Assembly (NCBI GenBank): GCA_964016885.1 | Contig: OZ024741.1 | Span: forward strand, 232,810,001-232,874,000 | DNA from: Eledone cirrhosa | Taxonomy: Eukaryota | Direction: 5' to 3' | Length of the DNA stretch: 64,000 nt | Shown: one piece after another, positions 39,001 through 52,800 of the stretch | Layout: each line of letters begins with the position of its first letter | Position numbering within the stretch: the first letter of the stretch is position 1 | Notes under the pieces: generated by a model | What the model was told of the DNA's origin: nothing | Database searches by the model: none | The model's input: the letters and a program-made list of their open reading frames with translations, nothing else | Made by a program: the position numbers and the translations under genes

Positions 39001-41545
39001 AGTCGACTATTTTGAAATGTGGACAGCCTATGCTAGACCTATCTATTTCCTTACAAAATACCCTATCTAGATATGATCTGGATCACCCGATGCGGTTTGA
39101 CCATGTCCACATAGGCACATTCGGGAAATCCAAACGGTACCTGTCAGACAGTTGAAACCGCCTGAACAGATTTGCGAGGCTTTTACACCCTCCTCCTCTC
39201 TCCGCTAATCCCACACAGTTCCAGCGTGCATCTAAGATCCCGTTCCAGTCGCCCACTAACACTAAAGAGCGGGGCGTTCCAAGAAAGGTCTCCAGACGCT
39301 GGAACAAATCAGACCTCCCTGCTCCTGTCGGGGCATAGACGGCCACTAGCCTGACAGCTTGCGCGTCTCCGCTGGTAACGTCCAGCACCACCAAATTACC
39401 TTCTGGGTCCAGGAAGAGGGGCCGTATGGCGAGATCCAAACCTCTCCTAAAAAGCACAGCAACTCCTCCCCCCCCCCCACCCCCGATCCAGGACGGCTGG
39501 GAGATGCGTAGACATCGTAGCCGCAGAAGATCGGTGCGAAGGCTCGTGCTTCGGAGATTCTGGTCACCACATCTATGTTTAGTGACCTGAGGTGGTTGAG
39601 CAGGTGACCCTGTTTCCATGACGACCCCAGGCCACGCGCATTTATGCTGCCTATTCTGAGTGAGGTCATGTTGAAAAGAAGTAGAAAAGATGGGAAAGAT
39701 CACTTACCTCACTTCTCGTAGAGGAAGGATTGTTTCTCCATCCTTCTCACTGCTTATGGCCTCCTCCCGAATGATATCCTTAAAAATACTCCCGGAGAGT
39801 GTTTGTCGGAAGTCTCCGATGTCCTTGGGGAATTTTTGTTTTAGTGTCGCGTACGTTTTCTGAGTGATGCGAGTGATTTGTATGTGTAGAGATGGTGTGA
39901 ATTTTTGCGGTGTTGTGTTGTATTTTTCTGTGATGCTGGTTTTGTGTTGGATGTAGTGTAATAATTGGTTGTTGTTCAAATTTAATTGTTTCTACTTTAG
40001 GCACAAGGCCAGCAAAATTACCCAGTGCATTACTGGTACTTTATTTTATCGACCCCGTAAGGATGAATGGCAAAGTCAACCTCGGCGGGATTTGAACTCA
40101 GATCGTAAAGGGACGTAACTATGCTGGAAAGCATGTCGTCCGACCCTCTACCGATACTGCCATCCCAATGCTGTGTAGTGTGTATCGTTTTGGTTGTTTT
40201 GTTTTGTTTGCGTTTGTTGTGGGTTTGTTTCTGTTTCGCTTGTTGGTGATTTTTGTGGTGTTGGTGATGGTGGTTGTGGGGTTAATGATGGTGATGGTGT
40301 TGGTGTTTGTGGTGATGGGGCTGGTGATGCTGGTGTGGATCGTGGTATAGCTGTCTTAACTTTTTTGTTTGTTTGTTTATTTGTTTCCCCCCCTGCTTTA
40401 TGGTTTTGAAGGAGGATGCAAGAGTTTTTTTTTCTTTTTGGGCTTCCTTTTACTCTTTCTTTTTTCCTGATACCATTTCTCACTCCTCCCCATCGTCACA
40501 ATCTGTTTCCAATTGGGATATGTAGGGGAGTGGAAAATCCTCCACGGGCGTTGGTTTTGGTTGTGGCGTAGGGGATGGTGGAGGCGCTGGTGCTAATTCT
40601 GGCATGGTGGGTGGTGGTGGTTTTGGTTTTGCTACTGTTGCTGGGGTTGTTGCTGCTACAGTTTCTTCTGTTGTTGCTGCTACAGTTGTTGCTGTCATTC
40701 CTGCTGCTTGTGATGTTGATAGTTGAGTAACTGGGGTGGGTAGGAAAGGTGGCCTCAACTTTTTAGCCTGAGGTCAAAAAGCCTTTAGGTGGGTTCCTTC
40801 GCCACAAACGACACACCTAGGCCTTCTACCCTCAACGATTCCGGTGAGGTGGCTGCCGTCATTGAGGTCTATCACCTCTGGAATTTCCTCAATGTTTTTT
40901 TGGTCCGCTTGGATCAGGAGCTCCATCTCAGGCTCCATCCCAGGCCCCTGCTTTTCTTTTGTTACCTCAATTATGTTCGGGTTGGCCTCGATGGCGGCGA
41001 GGACGGCAGCCATTAACCAGGTAATTTCGATGGCCGGCGGAACGTGGGTCACCTTTATCTACACGAGTCTCTGACCACAATAGCTTGGGTCGAGTTGAGG
41101 TCGTCACTTCTTAATGGGGCTATGGAGTGTTCTCTGGCTTCCCGTGGTGTTCCAAAGAACACGTCCACGGTTCCATATTTCTGCCCACGTCTGATGTGGG
41201 TTTTTTTCGCCACAGCTTTTTGTATCTGAGACTCAGATGCCCGTTCCACTCGGCGTGATCTTGTGTTTATCGTCCGATATGACACGGTGCATAGGCGCCG
41301 ATACTACATTTTATTAGATGGGGGGGGTTGAGGCTGACCCTGTACCCATCTTTTTTACTATTCTCTTGGCTTCATTTAATTCATCCTGGCTTACCTCGAT
41401 TGTTTCGCTTTTCTTGGCTTCTTTGGCAAATGACAAATTTTGTTTTGCGCTGGTGTTGATGTTGTTGTTATTCTCATTGTTGTCGTTGTTGCTGTTCTCG
41501 TTATTGTTATTTTTTTTATTGTTATTTTTAGTTTCAGTTGTGTTG

Positions 41546-41577
<32 letters not shown>

Positions 41578-42151
41578 GGTGGTGGTGGTGGTGGTGGTGG
41601 TGGTGGTGGTGGTGGTGGTGGTGGTGGTGGTGGTGGTGGTGGTGTCAGTGGTATTCGGCGTAGAAGAGTCGATTCTGGGTGAATCCATTTAGATGTCACG
41701 TGATAATTTTTTTTTTTTTTTCTATTGTCGCTGTAGTGGTGGTGGGGGTGGAGGCTTTAACACCTGCAGTTATTGGTAATGGCGGGAAATGAATGTCTGC
41801 ATGTGACAAATTTAAATTATTGCCACTGCTTATATTTTTAGTGTTGGCAACCATGCTAATGTTTACAATGGTGGTGTTGGTGTGACCTGTTAGTTTGTGA
41901 GGAAGGATGTCAGCTTTGTGTGGCTGAGAGCTGTCCATGTTTTCTCAAATAAAGTTTTTGTTTGAAAATTATAAAAGTTTAAATTTTGGGCTCAAGGCCC
42001 CAATATTATTTACTGTCCTTTTGAGAAAGCAATATATGTGAACTTATAAACAATTAACACCAATAATTTTCCACAACTGGCAATTTGAAACAACTAAAAA
42101 CAACAAACCCTTGCGGAGCTCACGATAATGCGATTTTCTACTTAGGTCGCC
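36078..42151 (-). mobile_element. Tx1-clade LINE copy B, full length, decayed
   Basis: Same ORF2 and 3' UTR as A (ORF2 ATG 39669); different ORF1 (MDSSQPHKAD...; CVVCGEGTHLKAF); (ACC)n tract at ~41563-41644. Confidence 0.93.
39985..40165 (-). mobile_element. SINE inserted in ORF1 of copy B
   Basis: Near full-length SINE reverse complement interrupting aaatttaat|gctgtgtagtg. Confidence 0.92.

Positions 42152-42214
<63 letters not shown>
42152..42214. repeat. (AAT)21 junction between copies C and B
   Basis: Seen directly. Confidence 0.95.
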
Positions 42215-42215
<1 letters not shown>

Positions 42216-45200
42216 TTTTCTTTATTAACCACAAGGGTTTACATAAAGTAGACATTAAGGACAGTACAGGACAATACAGGACGGTACAAATGGGCATTTC
42301 TGCGTGTAAAAAAACAAAAACAGAGGATGTAACAAAAAATAACAATGAAAAATTCCCCAATAGGGGGGAGACTTCCGAGGGACATTTGTGGAGAAAGCCC
42401 ATTAAAAGGGCACAGTGACCCTGACCACCAGGGAAAGTGCCCTCCCCCAGTTTTCCACGTTTAATTTACAGACACATACTCAGAGTAGGCCCATTCACTC
42501 GGGCCATACTTGCTTCTCTCACCCATCTTTCAAGAAAATGCTGGCAAGAAAGCACTTCCCTCTCTACCCTGATTTTCCTTTTCAAATGAAATTTGAAAAA
42601 GTTAATCAGGGCATCACCGAATAGGTAAGTGCTCGTCTTCAGCCCTTTCAAACGTGTCCAACATACTATGTCTTTTGCCATGGCCACCAGACAGATAAAA
42701 ACTGCCTGCCCTTCCCGGCTAAAGGAAGACGGTGGGGAAATCCTCATGATGGACTCAGATGATAGCTGGATCCGTCCCATACGTGACAGCAGGTGTTCGA
42801 CATAAACCGACAAGTCAGCAATGCTCGGACACTGGACGAGTGAGTGCAGGACGGTTTCGTCGCCCTGCGCGCATATCGGACATGCCCGGCTGACGGCACC
42901 TCCATGCCTGTAGAGTTTATCCCGAACTGGCAAAGCTCCTCGGTAGCACTGCCAGGCCAGGGATTTCTGGAAGTTGTCCATAGGCCCCGGCCCGGAAGTT
43001 CTTCTGAAGAAATTGGCTAGTTGATTTTCGTCGACGCCTAGAGTTTCTCCAAGTACGTCGTCGCTCTTCCCCTCCACTAATCCTCTACAGAACGCCAAAG
43101 TGCAGTTTCCACCGATCACATTGCTCGATTGGTCGAGGGTTGTAAGCGCCTGAAGACATTCCAGTCTCCAAGCGCTCCCACTCGGTCTTCGCTTGACCCA
43201 GGACTGCAACTCCGTTAAGGAAACGAGCTGGGGTAAGACGCGTCTAGCAAACGGCGACCACACCTGATTACCGTCGGGGAAGATATGTCGTAGTCTGATC
43301 GCGTTTCTGCGCATCACCAGCCACGGCATGCCCAGCCTTCCACGTAGCGGGTGTTGACAGCAGATGGACCGCCTGACCATCGGAGGAGCACGTCCTTCCA
43401 CAAAAGGCGAAACAGCAAACGCTCCAGCGCAGTCAGGCGGGGCTTAGGACAAGGTACGATGGTCAGGCGGTAGTAGATGACGGACCCGATGTACGCGTTA
43501 GCCACCTCCGCTCGACCTTTCAGGGATAGCTTCCTCTCCGCCCATTTCTGGGTGAGAGAAGCCACCCTGCTTGTGACCTCGTCCCAGTTTTTGTTTGTCT
43601 GGAAGTCCGGACCGAACCAGATCCCTAGCAATTTAACCGGTCCGTCCGTCCAGCGCCCGACGACCGTGTTGGACGGCGTGGACCTGCCACTCCGGGTGCC
43701 GAGCTGCAGGCCCACTAACGTTTCCTGGTTGATCATTGCTCCTGTCACCGCTTCGTATTCTCTTAGTGTAGTGCCGATCGCCTCGATGTGTTTGGCGTTC
43801 GACACCATTACGGTGACATCGTCCGCATATGCTGACACGGATCTTCCGCATCCTATTTCGCGCGGGACCCCCCTCAACGTCTCCAGTTTGCGCAGTAATG
43901 GCTCGAGAGTCAATACGTACAAGAGGGACGAGAGGGGACATCCTTGGCGGTCCGAGCGCATGATGTTTGATGTTGAACGGTTCCGAAAGGTGACCGTTCA
44001 CTCTCACCACAGAGCAGATGTCGCTGTGCATGGCAGCGAACCAGCCTCTGAAGACGGACCCAAAGCCAGCCGCCCTCAGGACTGCCGCTAGATGACGATC
44101 GTCGACCCTATCGAAAGCTTTCGACAGATCTAAATTGATCAAGGACCCACCCGTGCCAGGTTCCCTAGGTACCCTCTCTACGATGTATCGCACGAGGTGG
44201 AGGTTGTCGTGGATGGATCTGTCGGGAATGGCGCATGTCTGCGCCTCTCCCACCAGACCACCAACGACAAGTGCCAACCTCTTTGCTAGCACCTTGGCCA
44301 CAATCTTGAAATCTGTGTTTAGCATAGTTATGGGCCTGAAATTATCGTAGTTATACCCCTTGTTGGGATCCTTTCTCAGCAGCGCCACAGCTCCTCGGCT
44401 CACAGAGCTGGGATTTCTCCCGTTCTGTTGCCAGTTGCAGTAGAGGTCCGGCAAGAGGCCCCCGAACAAGTTTGGCATATGTACCTAAAGTTCATAGGGC
44501 AGACCATCCAAACCAGGCGATTTACCCCTTGTGCAGCCAGTCATTTCCTCCCGTACTTCAGCGGCTGTCGAGGTAGACACTAAAGTCCATCCCTCGACCC
44601 GGCCCGCCGCTGCCCCCGAACAGCTGAGCGAAGTGTCGCTGAAAAGCTTCACACATTTGCCCGGGATCGAATAGCACGCGCCCGTTGTGGTCCACCAAAG
44701 ACCGGATCGTGCTTTGTTGCAACGACGCGCCTCCGCCCCTCAGGCCAATTGAACGGCTTTCGTCCCTTCGTGTCTGAGAGCACGCACCCTAGCTCTGACA
44801 ACGTAGCCTTCGTGCTTTGCATTGAAGAATTGGTCAAGGGCCAAATTCGCCGCAAGTACGTCGGTCGCGATGCCTTTGCTAAGCGCCTCGTCTAATTTTC
44901 TAACTAGTTCTCTCTCTGCTCTATTTTTCTCTATTGCTAAAGCCTTACTAAACCTAATGGATTCTATTCCAATCGCTCTTTTCAGAGCAGACCACGATGG
45001 CCCCCGTCAACGCCCGCTTAACTAGTCGCTAATTCGGTCTCTGTAGGCCTTGCGCGCTGGTAAGGACGCGTTTAGCTTCCAGTAGCCGGGTCCTCGTCTA
45101 TGAAGCCTATCTAAGTCAAGCACACAGATCACGAATTTGTGGTCCGTGTAGCTTACTATCTTGAATTGTGGACAGCCTATGCTAGACCTATCTATTTCCT

Positions 45201-48063
45201 TACAAAATACTCTATCTAGATTTGATCGGGATGACACTATGCGGTTTGTCCAAGCCCACATTGGCACATTCGGGAAATCCAAACGGTACCTGTCAGACAG
45301 TTCAACACGCCTGAGCAGGTTGGTGAGACTCTTGCACCCTCCTCCCCTATCCGCTAATCCCACACAGTCCCAGTTCCAGTCGCCCACTAACACTAAAGAG
45401 CGGGACGTTCCAAGAAAGGTCTCCATACACCGGGAGAAATCAGTCCGCCCTGCTCCTGTCGGGGCATAGACGGCCACTATCCTGACAGCTTGCCTGTCTC
45501 CGCTGGTAACGTCCAGCACCAACAACTTACCTTCTGGGTCCAGGAAGAAGGTCCGTATGGCGAGATCCAAACCTCTCCTAAAAAGCACAGCAACTCCTCC
45601 CTCCGATCCAGGACGGCTGGGAGATGCGTAGCCGCCGAAGATCGGTGCGAAGGCCCGTGCTTCGGAGATTCTGGTCTCACTCATGGCCACTACATCTATG
45701 TTTAGTGACCTGAGGTCGTGGAGCAGGTGGCCCTGCTTCCATGACGACCCCAAGTCATGCGCATTTATGATGCCTATTCTGAGTGAGGTCATGTTGAAAT
45801 AGAGTGGAAAAGATGGGAAAGACCACTTACCTTACTTCTCGTAGAGGAAGGATGGTTTGTCCATCCTTTTCACTGCTTGTGGCCTCCTCCGGAACGATGT
45901 CCTTATAAATCCTCCTGGAGAGTGCTTGTCGGAAGTCTCCGATGTCTTTGGGGAATTTTTGTTTTAGTGTTGTGTACGTTTTCTGTGTGATGCGAGTGAT
46001 TTGTATGTGTGGAGGTGGTGTGAACTTTTGGGTTGTTGTGTAGTCTTTTTCTGTGATGCTGGTGTTGTATTGGATGTAGTGTAATAATTGGTTGTTATTC
46101 AAATTTAATTGTTTCTACTTTTTGGCACAAGGCCAGCAATTATCCAGTGTATTACTGGTACTTTATGTTATCGACCCCGTAAGGATGAAAGGCAAAGTCA
46201 ACCTCGGCGGGTTGTTATTCAAATTTAATGCTGTGTAGTGTGTATCGTTTTGGTTGTTTTGTTTTGTTTGCGTTTGTTGTGGATTTGTTTCTGTTTCGCT
46301 TTTTGGTGACTTTTGTGGTGATAATGGTGTTGGGGTTAATGATGGTGATTGTGTTGGTGTTTCTGGTGATGGGGTTGGTGATGCTGGTGTGTATGGTCGC
46401 ATAGCTGTCCTAACTTTTTTGTTTCATAGTTTATTTGTTTCCCTCTGTATTTTTTTTTTGGAGGGGGAAGGAATAAGATTTTTTTCTTTTTTGGTTTCTT
46501 TTTCTTTATTTCTTTTTTACTGATACCGTTTCCCACTCCTCGTCGTCACAGTCTGTCTCCAGTTGCTATAGGACGGGGAGTGGAAAATCCTCCACGGGCG
46601 TTGGTTTTGGTTGTGGCGTGGTGGATGGTGTAGGCGCTGGTGCTAGTTCTGGCGCGTTGGGTGGTGGTGGTTGTTCTACTGTTGCTGGGGTTGTTGCTGT
46701 TACAGTTGCTTCTGTTTTTGCAGCTACAGTTGTTGCTGCCATTTCTGCTGCTGGTGGTGTTGATGGTTGAGTCACTGGGGTGGGTAAGAGAGGTGGCCAC
46801 AACCTTTTAGCCTGAGGGCAGAAAGCCCTTAGGTGGGTTCCTTCATCACAAACGACACACCTAGGCCTTCTGATTACGGTGAGGTGGCTGCCGTCAGTGA
46901 GGTCTATTACCTCTGGGATCTGCTCAATGCTTTTTTGGTCCGCTTGAATCAGGAGCTCCATCCCAGATCCGGACTAGTTCTACTGCTTTTCCTTCGCTAT
47001 TTCGATTATCTTGGTGTTGGACTCGATGCCAGCGAGGACGGCAGCCATTAGCCAGGGAATTTCGATGGCCGGTAGAACGAGGGTCACCCTTATCTTCACG
47101 AGTCTCTGGCCACAATAGTTTGGGACGAGTGTGAAGTCGTCACTTCTTAATGGGGCCATGGAGTGTTCTCTGGCCTCCTGTGGTGTTCCAAAGAACACGT
47201 CCACGGTTCCATACTTTTGCCCACGTCTGATGTGGGGTTTTTTTGCCCACACATATCCCAAAGCTTTTTTGATTTGGGACTCGGATGCCCGTTCCACTCG
47301 GCGCGATTTTATGTTAATCGTCCGATAAGACACGGTGCATAGGCGCCGATGATCCATTTTATTAGGTGGGGGTGAGGCTGACCCTGTACCCATCTTTCTT
47401 TACCATACTCTTGGCTTCATCTAATTCCTCCTGAGTTACCTGGATTGCTTCGCACTTTTTTGCTACTCTTGCAAAAGACAGGGTGGTTTTCTTATTCTCA
47501 TTGTTGTTGTTGCTGTTGTTGTTATCGTTATTTTTGTTATTGATATTTTTAGTTTCTGATGTGGTGATGGTGGCGTCATTAGTGTTCGGTGTGGAAGAGT
47601 CCATTCTGAGTGAATCCATTTCGATGTCACGAGACAATTATTTTTTTTCTTTTGTTTCTGTTGTCGCTGGGGTGGCGGCTTCAACACCTGCAGTCATTGG
47701 CAATGGCAGGAAATGAATGTATGCATGAGACAAATTTAAATTATTGCTACTGCTTATATTTTTAGTGTTGGCAAACGTAGTAATATTTACAATGGTGGTG
47801 TCGGCGTGAGGTGTTAGTTTGTGAGGAAGGTGTGACTGAGAGTCGTCCTTGATTTTTTCAAAGAAATTTTTGTTTGATAATTATAAAAGTTTAAATTTTG
47901 GGCTCAAGGCCACAATCTTTTTGAGTGTCCTTTTCAGAAAACAATGTATGTGCACTTATATACAGTTAACAATAACATTTTTCCATAAATGGCAATTTTA
48001 AACAACTGAAAACAACAAACCTTTGCGGAGCTCACGATAATACGATTTCCTACGTAGGGCGCC
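42215..48063 (-). mobile_element. Tx1-clade LINE copy C, full length
   Basis: ORF2 pieces of 256, 281, 215 and 311 aa (ATG 45792; YADD); ORF1 of B type (CVVCDEGTHLRAFC); 5' end matches B. Confidence 0.94.
46108..46210 (-). mobile_element. 5'-truncated SINE in ORF1 of copy C with ~20-bp TSD
   Basis: ggttgttattcaaatttaat at 46090-46109 and 46210-46229. Confidence 0.9.
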
Positions 48064-48072
48064 AATAATTAC

Positions 48073-48114
<42 letters not shown>

Positions 48115-48120
48115 AATAAT

Positions 48121-48527
48121 GCTTTCTTTATTAACCACAAGGGTTTACACAAAGTAGACATTAATGACAGTACAGGAAAATACATACGGTACAAATGGAC
48201 ATTTCTGCGTGTAAAAAAAAACAAACACAGAGGATGTACCAAAAAAGGAACAATGAAAAATTCCCCAATAAAGGTGAGACTTCCGAGAGCCATCGTGGAG
48301 AAAGCCCATTAAAAAAAAAGCCACGTTGACCCTGACCACTAGGGCAAGTGCCCTCTCCCATTTTTCCACCTTCAATTTACAGGCACATACTCAGGCCATT
48401 CTTGCCTCTCTCACCCATCTTACAACAAAATGCTGGGAAGAGAGCACTTCCCTCTCTTCACTGATTTTCCTTTTCCGATGAAATTTGAAAAAGTTAATCA
48501 GGGCATCACCGAAGAGGTAAGTGCTCG
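48121..48527 (-). mobile_element. Tx1 copy D, 5'-truncated (~0.4 kb 3' end)
   Basis: 3' UTR and ORF2 tail homologous to A; bounded by (AAT)n at 48064-48120 and 48528-48540. Confidence 0.9.
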
Positions 48528-48548
48528 AATAATAATAATAAAAATAAA

Positions 48549-49878
48549 GGTTTCTTTATTGGCCACAAGGGCTAGCATGAAGAAAAACTTTACAGACGGC
48601 ACAGAACGGTACAGGACGATAAAATTGGGTTTGGGCCGTGTAAAATAAGGTTATAACAAGAAGATAGAAGTATCAAAAAAATTCAAACAATGAAAATTTC
48701 CCAATGGGGGGGGTGCACTTCCAAGGGTCACTCGTGGCGAAAACCACACAAAAGACGACGGTCACCACGGCAAGCGCCCTCTCTCAGTTTTCCACTCCTC
48801 AGTCTACATGTGCATACTCAGACCGGACGCGTTCACTCGGACCAGACTCGCCACTTTCAACAAACTTACCAGAAGACAGCACTTGCCACGCCACCCTGAT
48901 TTTCCTCTTCAAGTGAAATTTTAAAAAGTTCATCAGGGATTCGCCGAAGGGGAAAGTGTCCGTCTTCAATCCTTTCAACCTTGTCCACCATACAATCTTT
49001 TTCGCCATGGCCACCAGTCAGATGAAAACTGCCTCCCTTCCTCCTCCATAAAGGCGGATGGCGGGGCTATCTGCACAATGGACTCAGTCGATAACTGGAT
49101 CCGTCCTACGCGTGACAGCAAATGTTCGACAGTGCTCCACAATTCAGCAATGCTCGGACATTGAACGAGTGCGTGCACAATGGTTTCGTCGCCCTGTACG
49201 CATCTAGACATGTTCGGCTGACGGCACTTCCGTTCTTGTCGAGCTTATCTCGAACCGGCAACGCTCCCCGGTAGCACTGCCAGGCCAGGGATTTCTGGAA
49301 GTTGTCCATTGGCCCCGGTCAGGAAGTTCTCTTGAAGAGAGCGAATCAGCTGATCGTCTTCGATGCCAAGGGTCTCCTCGAGAACGCCGTCATTCTTCCC
49401 CACCACTAGACCTCTATAGAACACTGAGGTGGATGTTCTACCGATACTACTTCCCAACTGGTTGAATGCTGTGAGCGCTTGGAGATATTCCCGCTTCCAA
49501 GCGCTATCCCTCGGTATTTTACTGATCCAGGACCGCAGCTCGGTTAATGAGATGAGCTGGGAAAAACACGTCTGGCGAACAGCGACCACACCTGTTCACC
49601 GTCAAGGAAGCACCAGATATGTCGCAGCCTCAGCGCGTGTTTGCGCATCATCAACCACGGCATGCCTGGTCATCCACACAAACGGGTGTTGACAGCAGAT
49701 GGATCGTCTGATCATGGGAGCACCTCCCTTCCATAAAAAGCGGAAGAGGAGGCGCCCCATTTTGGTGAGAGTTGGGCCGGGGCAAGGCACAACGGTTATG
49801 CGGTAGCAGATGACGGATGCGATGAACGCATTCGCCTCCTCTGCCCGACCTCTCAGGGACAGCTTCCTCTCGGTTCAT
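48549..49878 (-). mobile_element. Tx1 copy E, 5'-truncated, diverged subfamily
   Basis: MDNFQKSLAWQCYRGALPVRDKL and the zinc-finger region; its own variant 3' UTR with AATAAA. Confidence 0.88.
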
Positions 49879-49885
49879 TCAATAA

Positions 49886-52800
49886 GCTTTTCTTTAGTAA
49901 ACACGATGGTTGACATAAATTATTTTGAGGACAGCACAGGATGATACGGGACGGTAGAAATGGGCATTTCTTCGTTTAAAGAAACAAATTAAAGGAAATG
50001 ACAAAAAAAAAGAAACAATAGGGCGGAGACTTTCAAGGGATACTCGTGGAGAAAGACAATTAAAAAAGCTACGGTGTCCCTGACCACCAGCGCAATTTCC
50101 ACCTTCAATTTACAGGCGCATACTCAGAGCAGGCCCATTCACTCGGGCCATGCTTGCCTCTCTCACCCATCTTTCAACAAATAGCTGGGAAGAGAGCACT
50201 TCCCTCTCCACTCTGATTTTCCTTTTCGAATGAAATTTGAAGAAGTTAATCAGGGCATCACTGAAGATGTAAGTACTCATCTTCAGCCCTTTGAAAAGCG
50301 TCAACCACACGACATCCTTCGCTATGGCCACCAGGCAGATAAAAACTTGCTGCCTTTCCTGGCCAAAGGAAGACGGTGGGGAAATCATCACGATGGACTC
50401 AGCTGATAGCCGGATCCATCTTCCACGCCACAGCAGGTGTTCGACATAAACCCATAAGTCAGCAATGCTCGAACATTGGACGAGTGCGTGAAGGATGGTT
50501 TCGTCGCCCTACGCGCATCTCGGACATGCCCAGCTGACTGAACTTACATGCCTACAGAGTTTATCCTCGGTAGCCTGACCGGCAAGGGATTTCTGGAAGT
50601 TATCCATGTGCCCCGGCCGAAAGTACTCCCGAATAGATTTTCGTCGACGCCCAGATTCTTCCCAAGGCCTCGTCGCTCTCTATCTCCAGTAACCCTCTAT
50701 AGAACGCCAAGGTGAAGTTTCCAGCGATCGCTTTGCCGGATTAGTCGCATCCCCTCCACATAAAGCGAAAGAGCAAACGCAGTCAGGTGAGGCTTAGGAC
50801 AAGGCACGACGGTCAGGCACTAGCAGATGACAGACGCGATGTACGCATTCACCACCTCTGCTCGAGCTTTCAGGGATAGCTTCCTCTCGGCCCATTTCTG
50901 GGTGAGAGAGGCCACACTTCTCGTCACCTCATCCTAGTTTTTGTCCGCCTGGGGGTCCGGACCGAACCAGGCCTCGAGTAATTTCACCAGTCGCCCGACG
51001 ACGCTGTTGGACGACATGGACCTGCCTCTCCAGATGCCGAGTCGGAGGCCCACCGAGTGTTCCTGGTTGATCATTGCTACTGTCACCACCTTGTATTCTC
51101 TTAGTGTAGTGCCGATCGCTTCAATGTGTTCGGCAATCGATACCACTACGGTGACGTCGTCTGCATATGCTGACATGGTTCTCCTGCATCCCAGTTCGTG
51201 AGGGCTCCCACTCAACGTCTCTAGTTTGTGCTGTAATGGCTCGAGTGTCAATACGTACAACACGGACGAGAGGGGACAGCCTTGGTGGACCGAGCGCATG
51301 ATGTTGAACTGTTACCACAGAGCAGATGTTGCTGTACATGGCTGCGATCTGTCTTCTGAAAACGGGCCCAAAGCCGGCTGCCTTCAGTACCCCGACAGAT
51401 AATGATGGTCGACCCTATCGGAATCTTTCGACTGATCTAAATTGATCAAAACCCCTCCCGTGCCAGGTTCGTTAGATCCCGTCTCTACGATGAGGTGGAG
51501 GTTGTCGTGGATGAATCTGTCTGGAATGACGCATGTCTGTACATCTCCCACCAGACCACCAACGACAAGCAGCAACCTCTTTGCTAGCACCTTGGCCAAA
51601 ATTTTGAACACTAGAATTTGCAGAGTTTTGGGACTGAATTTATCTGTTATCCTCCTTGTTTGGATCGTTTCTCAGCAGCGCCACAGCTCCTCGGCTCACA
51701 GAGCTGGGAATTCTCCCGTTCCGCTGCCAGTTGCAGTAGACGTCCGCCAAGAGGTCTCCGAACAAGTCTGGCATGTGTATGTAAAGTTCGTATGGGAGAC
51801 CATCCAAACCAGGCGATTTACCTATTGTGCAGCCAGTCCTTGCCTCCCGTACTCCAGCGGCTGTTATCGGCTTTTCGCAACTCTCCGCCTCAGTGGCCGA
51901 GAGCCGCGGCAGTCCGTCGAGGTAGGCACTAAAGTCCATCCAACGATCCGGCCCGCCGCTGCCCCCGATCAGCTGAGCGAAGGGTCGCTGAAAAGCCGCG
52001 CACTTTTGCCCAGGATCGAGTAACATGCGCCTTTCATGCTCCTCTAAAGAGAGAGTCGTGGCTTTGTTGCCACGACGCGCCTCCGCCACTCGGGCCCATT
52101 GAACGGCTTTCGACCCCTGGTGTCTGTGAGCACGCACGCTAGCTCTAACAACGCAACAGTGCTGCTTTGCTTTGAAGAATTGGTTGAGGGCCAATTTCAT
52201 CGCAAGCACGTCGGTCGCGATGCCTTTACTAAGCGCCTCGTCTAATTTACTAACTAGTTCTCCCTCTTTTCTATTTTTCGCTATTGCTGACCCCTTGCTA
52301 AACCTAATGGATTCTATTCTAATCTCTCTTTTCAGGGCAAACCACCATTTTTTTGTTGACAATGGCCCCAGTCAACGCCCGTTTAACTAATTCGCTAATC
52401 TGGTCTCTGAAGGCTTTGCGCGCTGTTAACGACGCGTTTAGCTTCCATTAGCCGGGTCCCTGTCTATGAAGCGAAAGTCCACCATACAGATCACGAATTT
52501 GTGTCCTTGTAGTTGACCATCCTGGATTGTGGACAGCCTATGCTAAACCTATCTATTTGCCAACAAATTACCCTATCTAGATATGATCTGGATGACCCGA
52601 TACTGTTGGTCCATGTCCACATTGGCACATTGGGGATATCCAGACGGTACCTGTCAGACAGCTGAAAACGTCTGAGAAGGTTTGTAAGCCTTTTACACCC
52701 TTCCCCCTCCCCTATCCGCTGATCCCACAGAGTTGCAGAGTGAATCTAAGACCCCGTTCTAGTCGCCCACTAACACTAAAGAGTGGGACGTTCCAGGAAT

